From the NCBI GenBank assembly GCA_964399865.1, contig CAYNRJ010000001.1, positions 202,050 through 266,049 of the forward strand: a stretch of 64,000 nt of DNA. Direction: 5' to 3'. The notes below the pieces were generated by a model. It was not told the DNA's origin. It did not search any database and worked only from the letters and a program-made list of their open reading frames with translations. The DNA comes from an uncultured Candidatus Saccharibacteria bacterium. GTDB lineage: Bacteria; Patescibacteriota; Minisyncoccia; Phycocordibacterales; UBA2100. The position numbers and the translations under genes are program-made. This document shows positions 48,223 through 57,288 of the stretch, piece after piece (within the stretch, counting starts at the first letter, position 1; every line of letters starts with the position of its first letter).

Positions 48223-48765
48223 ATGCAAAAGACAAATCTCTATTCCATCACCGTACCTCCGATGATCAAATCGCTCGAAGCTCTTTCCAAGATGCTGGAT
48301 AAAGCTGCTGCTCATGCAGAAACGAAGGCAACCACAAATCGCCCAGGATCTGTGCACGCAGAAGCACTCCTCAATGATCGCCTTGTGTTTGATCAGTTCC
48401 CTCTCAAAATGCAGGTACAGATCGCATGTGACAATGCAAAAAATGGGATTGCGCGCCTCGCGGGAATCGAGCCGCCAAAATTCGAGGATACTGAAAAAAG
48501 TGTAGACGAATTAAAAGGGCGTATAGCAAAAACTCTCGAATTTGTAAAAACTTTTAAGCCGGAGCAGCTCATCGATCGAGAAGATACTCAAGTAACTCTT
48601 TCCTACTTCCCCGGTAAGTACATGACCGCGTTCGAATACGCAACAGAATACCTCCTGGGAAATTTCTACTTCCACGTCGTTACAGCGTATTCAATCATGC
48701 GTAAAAATGGTGTCGATCTCGGCAAAGCTGACTTCACGAACGGATTGCCGCTAAAGGATCTCTAA
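48223..48765 (+). CDS. DUF1993 family protein
   Basis: QVQIACDNAK and NFYFHVVTAYSIMRKNGV motifs. Confidence 0.9.
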   Translation: MQKTNLYSITVPPMIKSLEALSKMLDKAAAHAETKATTNRPGSVHAEALLNDRLVFDQFPLKMQVQIACDNAKNGIARLAGIEPPKFEDTEKSVDELKGRIAKTLEFVKTFKPEQLIDREDTQVTLSYFPGKYMTAFEYATEYLLGNFYFHVVTAYSIMRKNGVDLGKADFTNGLPLKDL

Positions 48766-48772
48766 ACTAAAA

Positions 48773-49495
48773 ATGCTGAAACATTTTTTCTTTGATTTGG
48801 ATGAGACTCTCACACCAAGTCGCTCTCCAATGCTTTCTGAGCATACAGATTTGTTTGAGCGTCTGACGAAAGAACGGGATGTAATTGTTGTGTCCGGTGC
48901 TCAGGAGTCGCAGATGAAGAAGCAGCTACCGCAGAAACCTCTTCGCTATTACCTACTCACCCAAAATGGAAACCGCGCGATTGATCCCGAAGGCAATGTA
49001 CTGTGGAGCGAATCTTTCTCTGAAGCGCAAACAGAAGCTATTTTCAGTTTTATCGCAAAGATTAAAAACGACCTCAATTTAAAGGTGAAAAACGAGGACG
49101 ACCTCGTTGAGAATCGCGGGTCTCAAATAAGTTATAGCCTTATAGGACATAATGAGGAACTAAAGATTAAGAAAGCGTTTGACCCTGATGGATCAAAACG
49201 TAAAAATATTCTTGCGTCGCATACGACAGATGTACAAGATCTCCTTGAGAATAAGGTCGAGGTTACGGTAGGAGGTACCACTTGCTTCGACTTCTTTCTT
49301 GCAGGAAAAAACAAAGGCTACAACATCACGAGACTTATTGAGCGTTTGAGATGGCCAAAAGACGAATGCATCTATTTTGGGGACGCTCTTGAGCCAGGTA
49401 GAAACGACGAGAGTGTAATCGGTATTATTCCTACCCAAGCAGTTAAGGGGCCGGAAGAAACCTTTCGCTTTATAGAAGAGAAGCTGATATCATAA
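48773..49495 (+). CDS. HAD-IIB hydrolase resembling eukaryote-type phosphomannomutase
   Basis: FDLDETLTPSR, ENRGSQI, GGTTCFD and YFGD...GRND motifs. Confidence 0.8.
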   Translation: MLKHFFFDLDETLTPSRSPMLSEHTDLFERLTKERDVIVVSGAQESQMKKQLPQKPLRYYLLTQNGNRAIDPEGNVLWSESFSEAQTEAIFSFIAKIKNDLNLKVKNEDDLVENRGSQISYSLIGHNEELKIKKAFDPDGSKRKNILASHTTDVQDLLENKVEVTVGGTTCFDFFLAGKNKGYNITRLIERLRWPKDECIYFGDALEPGRNDESVIGIIPTQAVKGPEETFRFIEEKLIS

Positions 49496-49501
49496 CGGGC
49501 C

Positions 49502-50254
49502 ATGACCCCTGCACTCGAGATAAAAAACCTCAAAAAAACCTACAAATCTGGGACCGAGGCACTAAAAGGTGTCTCGCTAACAGTTCCAGAAGGCGATTTC
49601 TTTGCGCTCCTTGGGCCTAACGGCGCTGGAAAGACTACGATAATCGGCGTTGCTACAACTCTCGTGAATAAATCGAGCGGTGAGGTTAAAGTATTCGGAC
49701 ATGATATTGAGAAGGAGCCGGAAAAGGCAAAGGTACACATTGGTGTTGTACCTCAGGAGATAAATTTCAACCCTTTCGAGAAGTGCCTCGACGTGATCCT
49801 CAACCAGGGCGGTTACTATGGAATCCCGCGTAAGGAAGCGCTCCCTCGTGCGCATAAACTGCTCGAGGATCTCGGTCTTGGTGACAAGAAAGACAAGACC
49901 GGGTGGAGCCTTTCAGGAGGCATGAAGCGTCGCCTCCTTATCGCGCGCGCCCTTATTCACAAACCTCGCTTCCTTATTCTTGATGAACCGACAGCGGGAG
50001 TGGATGTTGAGCTGAGACGCGGTATGTGGGACTACTTGAAGAAGCTCACCTCCGAAGGAGTGACTATTCTTCTTACAACTCACTATCTCGAAGAGGCTGA
50101 ACAACTCTGTAAACATGTAGCTATCATCAGTAAGGGCGCTATCGTAGCCTCTGGGACGATGGATGAGGTGCTTGCGCTCCATGATGGTAAAGCATCAGCG
50201 GATGGCTATCGTGGTGGTCGGCTGGAAGAAGTATTCCTAAAGCTCACGAAATAA
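49502..50254 (+). CDS. ABC transporter ATP-binding protein (YadG-like)
   Basis: GPNGAGKT, LSGGMKRR and LDEPT motifs. Confidence 0.95.
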   Translation: MTPALEIKNLKKTYKSGTEALKGVSLTVPEGDFFALLGPNGAGKTTIIGVATTLVNKSSGEVKVFGHDIEKEPEKAKVHIGVVPQEINFNPFEKCLDVILNQGGYYGIPRKEALPRAHKLLEDLGLGDKKDKTGWSLSGGMKRRLLIARALIHKPRFLILDEPTAGVDVELRRGMWDYLKKLTSEGVTILLTTHYLEEAEQLCKHVAIISKGAIVASGTMDEVLALHDGKASADGYRGGRLEEVFLKLTK

Positions 50255-50255
50255 T

Positions 50256-51032
50256 ATGACGCCAAGACAAATGCTTATTTCGTTCTATACCATTCTTCGA
50301 AAGGACGTCGTACGGATTCTACGTATTTGGCCACAGACATTTCTGCCGAGCGTTGTCACCTCTGTTCTCTATTTCCTTGTATTCGGAAAAATTCTTGGCG
50401 AGCAAATTGGCGAGATCGGTGGATATGACTATATTCAGTTCGTAGTTCCAGGCCTTGTCATGCTCGCGGTTGTGACTAACTCTTTCGCAAACGTTGCGAC
50501 CTCTTTCTTCCAAGCAAAATTCTTCTCTCGCAATATCGATGAGATCCTCGTTTCTCCTACGCCTCCATGGGTCCTCATCGGAGGGTATGTTTCCGGTGGA
50601 ATGGTGCGTGGTATGTCGATCGGCGCACTTGTACTTCTTGTCTCAGTCTTTTTCGCCCCCCTCCCTCTCACAAATCCTCTTATCATTCTTCTCTTCCTCA
50701 TTCTTTCTAGTCTTGTATTCTCACTTGCAGGACTAGTCAACGGTATCTATGCAAAGAATTTTGATGGCATAAGCATCGTGCCTACTTTCGTATTAACGCC
50801 GCTTGTGTACCTCGGCGGAGTTTTCTACTCAATAGAGGCTCTTCCTGGTTGGTGGCAATCTATAACCTACGTAAACCCTATCTTCTACCTAATTAACGGT
50901 TTCCGCTGGGGATTCATGGGGGTATCAGATGTTCCTGTGGCGCTATGCGTCGCGGTCCTCCTAGGTCTAGTCGCAATTCTCGTTGCAATAAATCTGTACT
51001 TCATTAAGACGGGTCTCGGATTAAAACAGTAG
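50256..51032 (+). CDS. ABC-2 permease (YadH-like)
   Basis: RIWPQT and PLVYLGGVFYS motifs. Confidence 0.92.
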   Translation: MTPRQMLISFYTILRKDVVRILRIWPQTFLPSVVTSVLYFLVFGKILGEQIGEIGGYDYIQFVVPGLVMLAVVTNSFANVATSFFQAKFFSRNIDEILVSPTPPWVLIGGYVSGGMVRGMSIGALVLLVSVFFAPLPLTNPLIILLFLILSSLVFSLAGLVNGIYAKNFDGISIVPTFVLTPLVYLGGVFYSIEALPGWWQSITYVNPIFYLINGFRWGFMGVSDVPVALCVAVLLGLVAILVAINLYFIKTGLGLKQ

Positions 51033-51036
51033 GAGT

Positions 51037-51360
51037 ATGGTTGAAAAATTCGGAAAACCGAACGTCATACCTTTTGGAGAAGGAAAGGATACTTACGATG
51101 AGATCGCGAGTGACCTAATCGAGGAAATCGAGACACATATTGAAACCCATCCTGAATTAGACATCGACGATGAAGACGTGCAGGAGTTCGTGGAAAAACT
51201 CCTTACGGAGGTTGACCGCGCAGAAACTCTGCGGAGAATTCTTGAGTCTTCTGAACGACACCCTAGCTTCGATGAAATGACTCGTAGCGAGATCATGGGC
51301 TACATGGCCGCTTGTGTGGCATATAAGCAGCTGCCAACGAGCGAGAAGAAGTCCGGGTAA
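51037..51360 (+). CDS. Acidic hypothetical protein
   Basis: 107 aa ORF with AGGAG upstream. Confidence 0.55.
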   Translation: MVEKFGKPNVIPFGEGKDTYDEIASDLIEEIETHIETHPELDIDDEDVQEFVEKLLTEVDRAETLRRILESSERHPSFDEMTRSEIMGYMAACVAYKQLPTSEKKSG

Positions 51361-51368
51361 TTTAGAGC

Positions 51369-52766
51369 TTACAGACCCTTACTGATGGAGGGAGCAAGTC
51401 CAAGGTATGTCTCGGGACGTAATGCCTGGAGAGTTTTTTTGACCTTCTTATCGATGTCTAAGCCATCGATGAATGCAGAAAAGTCTTCAAGAGTCACCTT
51501 TCGTCCGCGAGTTAGCGCTTTTAGTTTTTCATATGGAACTTCTACGCCTTCCCTGCGAAGAACAGTCTGGATCGCCTCTGCCAAAACTTCTGGATGTTCA
51601 GAGAGCGCCTCTGACATCGCCTCCATGTTTACATCGATCTTTCCTAGACCTCGAAGAAGCGCCCTGTAACCAATGAGTGAATGTGCGAACGCCGTCCCAA
51701 ACGAACGTTCGACTGTTGAGTCCGTAAGATCCCGCTGTAGGCGTGAGATTGGGAGCTTCCTGGAGAAATGTTCAAAAAGCGCATTTGCAATACCGAGATT
51801 GCCTTCTGCATTCTCAAAGTCGATAGGATTTACTTTGTGCGGCATTGCCGAAGACCCCACTTCCCCACTCTTTGGCTTTTGTGTTATCCATCCGTCGCTG
51901 ATGTAGCGCCACATATCCTGAGAGAAATCAATGAGGATTGTGTTGGTACGCCTCATAATGTCGAAAAGTTCTGCATATGTATCGTGCGGCTCGATCTGAG
52001 TAGTAACTGGATTAAGTTCAAGGCGCACCTTAGATCCAGCATTGAGACTTGCGATGAATGCTTTAGAAAACGCCTGCCAATCCACTTGCGGTACCGCAAC
52101 AGTGTGCGCATTCCAACTCCCTGTCGCACCTCCAAATTTAACGAGAATAACCGATTCGCCTAATTGCTTCATTTGACGAGCAAGTCGCGCTTCGAATACC
52201 CGCATTTCTTTACCAAATGTCGTCGGAGTGGCACTTTGCCCGTGAGTCCTTGAAAGCATTGCTGTGGCTGCGTGAGTCTTTGCGAGTGAATCTAGCGCAA
52301 CTTGTACATCACGGAGCCCAGCGCCGATCACTCCCTGAAGACCGGATCGAAGTAGTGTGCCGTAGGCGACACTGTTTACGTCTTCAGAAGTGAGGGCGAA
52401 GTGCACCCACTCAGATACGTCTTTAAGGGTCGTTCCCTCGAGTTTCTTTTTAATAAAATACTCGACTGCTTTCACGTCGTGATTCGTCGCGGGTATTCCC
52501 TCGTAACCTTCTCGTTCCATCTTCTTAACGATTGCGGCGTCTTCTTCCGATATGTGTGGGAGCTGACGTAGAAGCGCCTTCTCTTCTGCGGATAATTTTC
52601 TCATTCCCACTTCTTTCGTTTCAGATAATGCGATCAGGTATTCGCATTCCACAAAGACTCGAGCTTTAATGAGACCGAACTCACTGAAACATTCTGAAAG
52701 TTCTGACGTGATCGAATTATATCGACCGTCAATTGAAGTTATCGCTCTAAGTGGATCAAATTGCAT
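51369..52766 (-). CDS. purB: Adenylosuccinate lyase
   Basis: TNHDVKAVEY, RTHGQ and GSSAMPHKVNP motifs. Confidence 0.97.
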   Translation of the reverse strand: MQFDPLRAITSIDGRYNSITSELSECFSEFGLIKARVFVECEYLIALSETKEVGMRKLSAEEKALLRQLPHISEEDAAIVKKMEREGYEGIPATNHDVKAVEYFIKKKLEGTTLKDVSEWVHFALTSEDVNSVAYGTLLRSGLQGVIGAGLRDVQVALDSLAKTHAATAMLSRTHGQSATPTTFGKEMRVFEARLARQMKQLGESVILVKFGGATGSWNAHTVAVPQVDWQAFSKAFIASLNAGSKVRLELNPVTTQIEPHDTYAELFDIMRRTNTILIDFSQDMWRYISDGWITQKPKSGEVGSSAMPHKVNPIDFENAEGNLGIANALFEHFSRKLPISRLQRDLTDSTVERSFGTAFAHSLIGYRALLRGLGKIDVNMEAMSEALSEHPEVLAEAIQTVLRREGVEVPYEKLKALTRGRKVTLEDFSAFIDGLDIDKKVKKTLQALRPETYLGLAPSISKGL

Positions 52767-52780
52767 AGAGGTTCTCGTTT

Positions 52781-52873
52781 AGAATATAGCTTTTGCCGTC
52801 GCTGTCTGCCGCTGGTGCGGCAGCGCTGCCTCTCGGCGCGCCCGCCTGCGAGACACGGCAAAAGCTATATTCT
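52781..52873. repeat. 93 bp element with 19 bp perfect terminal inverted repeats (MITE/REP-like)
   Basis: AGAATATAGCTTTTGCCGT ... ACGGCAAAAGCTATATTCT around a GC-rich core. Confidence 0.75.
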
Positions 52874-52907
52874 TGCTCTCGATTTAATACAGAAAGGTCG
52901 CTTCGCG

Positions 52908-53840
52908 TCATATTGTAAATGGTTTCAAATTAGCTTCGAGACGTGGAATAATCGGCTCCCCGCCAGGAATGAACTTCTTCCCCGTGATCTGCTCGTACAT
53001 TTGAATATACCGACGCGAAAGCTCTTCTACAAGCTCCGCTGGTGCCTCTGGGAGTACTTTATCTTTATATGGATCGCAGTTTTCCTTAAACCAGAGCCTC
53101 AGAAACTCCTTGTCGAACGACTTTGGCTCCTCCCCTTTCGCGATTTTGTCTTCGTAACTATCGAGCTGCCAAAAGCGTGAAGAGTCCGGCGTATGGATCT
53201 CATCAATGAGTACGAGGCGCCCATTCTCATCCAAACCGAACTCGTATTTTGTATCAACGAGAATAAGTCCCTGTGCTGCGGCAAGCTGCTGCCCATATGT
53301 AAAGAGCGCGACAGCCGTTTTCTTCACCTCTTCGAAAAGTTCCTTCGTTATAAAACCCTCGTCAATCATCTCTTCGGGTGAGAGTGCCCTGTCATGCGTA
53401 TCCTCTTTTGTAGTTGGATCAAATATTGGATGCGGTAATTTCGTATTCTTCTTCAGCCCATCGGGGAGCGTCAGGTCTCCGAATGTACGGACTCCCTTTG
53501 AGTAGCGAATCCAAATGGAAGTGTCGGTAACCCCCGTAAGATAGCCGCGCATTACCGCTTCAACGGGCACAGTTTTGTATTTTTTAGCGACAGTAACGTT
53601 TGGATCAGGAATTTCCACTACATGATTTGGGACAATGCCTTTCGTATTCTCGAACCAGAACGCACTCACTTGATTCAACACCTGCCCTTTGTGAGGAACG
53701 TGAGCAATGATGCGATCAAATGAAGAATGTCTGTCAGTCGAAATAAGGATGAGCCTCTCACCCTGATCGTATATATCGCGCACCTTGCCAATCTTTTTTG
53801 TTCCTATTGATGTCAGATTTGTTTCCTTGAGTACATCCAT
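52908..53840 (-). CDS. purC: SAICAR synthetase
   Basis: GKVRDIY, DTKYEFG and DEIHTPDSSRFW motifs. Confidence 0.97.
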   Translation of the reverse strand: MDVLKETNLTSIGTKKIGKVRDIYDQGERLILISTDRHSSFDRIIAHVPHKGQVLNQVSAFWFENTKGIVPNHVVEIPDPNVTVAKKYKTVPVEAVMRGYLTGVTDTSIWIRYSKGVRTFGDLTLPDGLKKNTKLPHPIFDPTTKEDTHDRALSPEEMIDEGFITKELFEEVKKTAVALFTYGQQLAAAQGLILVDTKYEFGLDENGRLVLIDEIHTPDSSRFWQLDSYEDKIAKGEEPKSFDKEFLRLWFKENCDPYKDKVLPEAPAELVEELSRRYIQMYEQITGKKFIPGGEPIIPRLEANLKPFTI

Positions 53841-53843
53841 AGG

Positions 53844-54884
53844 TTATTCCCACTGAAGATTACCGGTAAATTCCACCGTCTTATTGCCCTTACCGATCAC
53901 ACCTATTTCATAGGCTGCTATATCAAATTGCTTGAAATGCGCCATCGCTTCGTCTGCGAACTCTTTTCTTACGACTGCAGTAATGCCTACACCCATGTTG
54001 AAGGTGCGGAGCATGTCCTCGTCCTCAAGATTGCCGAATTCTTTAAGCGTTTTGAATATTGGAAGTATACGGATCTTCGCGAGGTCTATCGTCGCCCCAA
54101 GATCTCCCGGAAGAATTCGGTTCAGATTTTCTTTGATCCCGCCTCCTGTGATGTGCGCGAGCCCCGTCAGACCTCTCTGTCCGAAAAGCTCACTCAAAGC
54201 GTTGTAGTAGCATCGATGCGGAGTGAGGATTGCTTCAATGAATGTTTTCCCGACTACCTTTTCATTAAGAATCTCGGGAGCAGCCTCCATCACTTTGCGT
54301 ACGAGCGAGAAACCATTTGTGTGAATACCGCTCGAAGCAAGAGCTATCACCGTGTCCCCTTCTTCTATCGCCGATCCATCAATGATGTTCTCTTTCTCAA
54401 CTACACCCACGATACTAGCCGTAAGGATGTATGTGCCCGGCTCTACTACTCCCGGCTGCTCCGACGTCTCGCCGCCCGTAAGTACGCAGCCATTTTCTTT
54501 ACATGCTTCCGACATCGCTTTCACGATGCGAATAATAGTGTCTTTGTCCATCTTTCCACAGACGATGCAGTCCTGCACAGAAAGTGGCTTCGCGCCCATA
54601 ACGATAGCATCATTTACCAGGTGTCCCACGAGATCCTGACAGATTGTTTCTATACTGTCATGTTGGAATGCGATTTTTTGTTTCGAGCCTGGCTCTTCGG
54701 TTTTTAATACAAGGACTGGGTGTTTGTACTCTGGGAATGATCCGTCAAAAAGGCTCGCGAACGCACCCACCGTATTCATGACTCGCGCGTTCTCGCTCTT
54801 CAATATGCCCGCCATTCTTTTCTTGGCGTCATTTGCAGTATCTATATCGACTCCCGCTGTCTTGTACGAGAGCTTTTTCATCAT
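53844..54884 (-). CDS. purM: AIR synthetase
   Basis: [22 protein letters not shown] and AHITGGG motifs. Confidence 0.96.
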   Translation of the reverse strand: MMKKLSYKTAGVDIDTANDAKKRMAGILKSENARVMNTVGAFASLFDGSFPEYKHPVLVLKTEEPGSKQKIAFQHDSIETICQDLVGHLVNDAIVMGAKPLSVQDCIVCGKMDKDTIIRIVKAMSEACKENGCVLTGGETSEQPGVVEPGTYILTASIVGVVEKENIIDGSAIEEGDTVIALASSGIHTNGFSLVRKVMEAAPEILNEKVVGKTFIEAILTPHRCYYNALSELFGQRGLTGLAHITGGGIKENLNRILPGDLGATIDLAKIRILPIFKTLKEFGNLEDEDMLRTFNMGVGITAVVRKEFADEAMAHFKQFDIAAYEIGVIGKGNKTVEFTGNLQWE

Positions 54885-55405
54885 ATAAGCCCTTTTTCTT
54901 GGAGATATCTTGTAAATCCTTTTTCCTGCAACTCCGAATTTTTCACGGTAATATCTTTTTCCAACTTCTCCTTATACGCAGTGACCTTCGTGCGAATAGC
55001 ATCGTCACCCGCACCAAGTATCTGTGCGGCGAGGATTCCTGCATTCTTCGCGCCATTGATCGCTACAGTCGCAACCGGAATCCCCGGCGGCATCTGTGCG
55101 ATTGAAAAAAGTGAATCGACTCCCGCCATCGTCTTTGTCATAACAGGTACACCAATGACCGGGAGCGCTGTAAAGGAAGCGGTCATACCCGGAAGATGTG
55201 CCGCGCCCCCAGCGCCTGCGATAATAACCCTAAGACCGCGCGCTTCCGCGCTCTTTGCATATTCAACCATCTCCTCCGGCGTGCGGTGTGCAGATACCAC
55301 GGAGACTTCGTGTGGAATACCAAATTCTTCAAGGATTTTCGCAGCCTCCTGCATCACAGGAAGATCTGAATCCGAACCCATAATGATGCCTATTCGTGGT
55401 GTCAT
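54881..55405 (-). CDS. purE: N5-CAIR mutase
   Basis: IMGSDSD, SAHRTP and AAHLPGM motifs. Confidence 0.97.
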   Translation of the reverse strand: MTPRIGIIMGSDSDLPVMQEAAKILEEFGIPHEVSVVSAHRTPEEMVEYAKSAEARGLRVIIAGAGGAAHLPGMTASFTALPVIGVPVMTKTMAGVDSLFSIAQMPPGIPVATVAINGAKNAGILAAQILGAGDDAIRTKVTAYKEKLEKDITVKNSELQEKGFTRYLQEKGLI

Positions 55406-56514
55406 ATTGAAATAAGGGATCGTGCCCGATTAGCTTTTTCTCGCGCCTCTTCAAGGGTTTCCCCGACTGCCGTCAGGTGTCCCATTTTACGTTCCGGACG
55501 CGTTTCAAGCTTACCATATATGTGAACGCTGACGCCGGGGATTTTCAGTGCCTCTTCCACTCCTTTTTGCTCTGCCGCCCCACTACGTTCACCGAGAATA
55601 TTGACCATAACAGCAGCGGGTACTTTCATTGAAGAATCTCCGAGAGGCAGTCCGCACACTGCACGCACATGTTGTTCGAATTGAGAGGTAGCGGAAGATT
55701 CGATTGTCACATGACCGCTATTATGTACTCGAGGCGCAACTTCATTAACAAGTACTTCGCCCTTTGAGAGAAACAGCTCGATTCCAAACACGCCCGCCCC
55801 TTTGAACGCAGATAATACTTTCTGTGCGAGTGCATGCGCTTTTTCTGCGATTACCGCATCGACGGGAGCAGGAACAAGCACTTCGTGACAAATGTGATTC
55901 TTATGGATGGTCTCAACAAGTGGGAAAATAGCTATCTCGCCGCCTTCTGTGCGAGCCGCGACGATTGCAAGTTCTTTTTCAAAACGAACAAATCCTTCGG
56001 CAAGCAGAGGAACATCCCCGAGTTTTGCTCGAGCAGACGCGATCTCGCTCTCATTTGTAACAAGCGCATTCCCGCGTCCATCGAATCCGCCAGATCGAGA
56101 TTTTATTACGAATGGAAATCCTAGTTTCTCTGGAGCCTCCTCAACGCTGCAAAAAGGGGCAACGGGAATCCCCTTTTGCGTCAAATATTCCTTCTGAAGC
56201 AATTTGTCTTTGATAATGGCAAGAGTTTCCGGCGTTGGATGCACGGGAAATCCTTCCGCTGAAAGAGCCCGCAGTGCCTCCGCATTCACTGATTCAATTT
56301 CGTAGGTCATCGCGTCACACTTCGAAGCAAGCGTCTTGATCATCGCCTCATCTTTGTAATCCCCGACTATCTGCTCATCTGCAATTTGAGACGCAGGAGA
56401 ATTCGGGGTCGGGTCGAGCACAACAGTACGTATTCCAAGATTTTTCGCCGCTTCTGCCAGCATTCTACCGAGTTGTCCTCCGCCTGCTATGCCAAGTGTT
56501 TTTACGTTAGTCAT
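55402..56514 (-). CDS. purK: N5-CAIR synthetase
   Basis: [20 protein letters not shown] and RKMGH motifs. Confidence 0.97.
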   Translation of the reverse strand: MTNVKTLGIAGGGQLGRMLAEAAKNLGIRTVVLDPTPNSPASQIADEQIVGDYKDEAMIKTLASKCDAMTYEIESVNAEALRALSAEGFPVHPTPETLAIIKDKLLQKEYLTQKGIPVAPFCSVEEAPEKLGFPFVIKSRSGGFDGRGNALVTNESEIASARAKLGDVPLLAEGFVRFEKELAIVAARTEGGEIAIFPLVETIHKNHICHEVLVPAPVDAVIAEKAHALAQKVLSAFKGAGVFGIELFLSKGEVLVNEVAPRVHNSGHVTIESSATSQFEQHVRAVCGLPLGDSSMKVPAAVMVNILGERSGAAEQKGVEEALKIPGVSVHIYGKLETRPERKMGHLTAVGETLEEAREKANRARSLISI

Positions 56515-57287
56515 GAGAAATAATTGACTGCGTTCCTGAAAAGCTCCAGTCCTATAGCTTCTTCCGGAAGCGGTTTACCTTCTCGAATATATGATTCGCG
56601 AAGAAGTGTCCAGTGTGGGAGCTGCGTAAAACGAGTGGCACGTTCTGGATGCGGCATGAGACCAAGGACGCGACCATCATGCGCCGTGACCCCTGCAATA
56701 TCTTGGAGAGCACCGTTAGGATTCGCCGGAAGACCAAAGTGTTTCGATATTTCACCTTCGACATACTTCAGTGCCAAAGCTCCCTCCTTTTTAAGTTTCG
56801 ACAAAGTATCAGGCGAAGCAAAGTATTTACCCTCGCCGTGCGCGATCGGGAGAGAAAGACTTTTTATACCCTTAAGCCAAGGAGATTCGCCAGTGACTTC
56901 GAGGTCTACCCAGCGTGCACTGTACCGAGGCACATCGTTCGCGATAAGAGCGCCGGGAAGAATGCCTGCGCTTGTGATTATTTGGAAACCGTTACAAATA
57001 CCAATGAGAAGGGTATTTCGTTTCAAGAAGTCTTCGATCTGTTTCCCTAGATGATGCTTTACGCGATTGCCATACGCTTTTCCTGCACCAGTATCATCTC
57101 CGTACGAGAAGCCTCCTCCAAATACGAGTATCTGCGCCTTCTTCAACACTGACGGCTTCGCAATAATGTCATTCAAGTGAATGATCTCGGCGGTTGCGCC
57201 CACGTGTTCGAAGGCAGCTTTGGTCTCGTCCTCAGTATTGAGGCCATAGCCGGAAAATATGATGACGTGTGGTTTTTTCTTTTTCAT
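56511..57287 (-). CDS. purQ: FGAM synthase glutaminase subunit
   Basis: GGFSYGD, GICNGFQ, AHGEG and MPHPER motifs. Confidence 0.96.
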   Translation of the reverse strand: MKKKKPHVIIFSGYGLNTEDETKAAFEHVGATAEIIHLNDIIAKPSVLKKAQILVFGGGFSYGDDTGAGKAYGNRVKHHLGKQIEDFLKRNTLLIGICNGFQIITSAGILPGALIANDVPRYSARWVDLEVTGESPWLKGIKSLSLPIAHGEGKYFASPDTLSKLKKEGALALKYVEGEISKHFGLPANPNGALQDIAGVTAHDGRVLGLMPHPERATRFTQLPHWTLLRESYIREGKPLPEEAIGLELFRNAVNYFS

Positions 57288-57288
57288 A

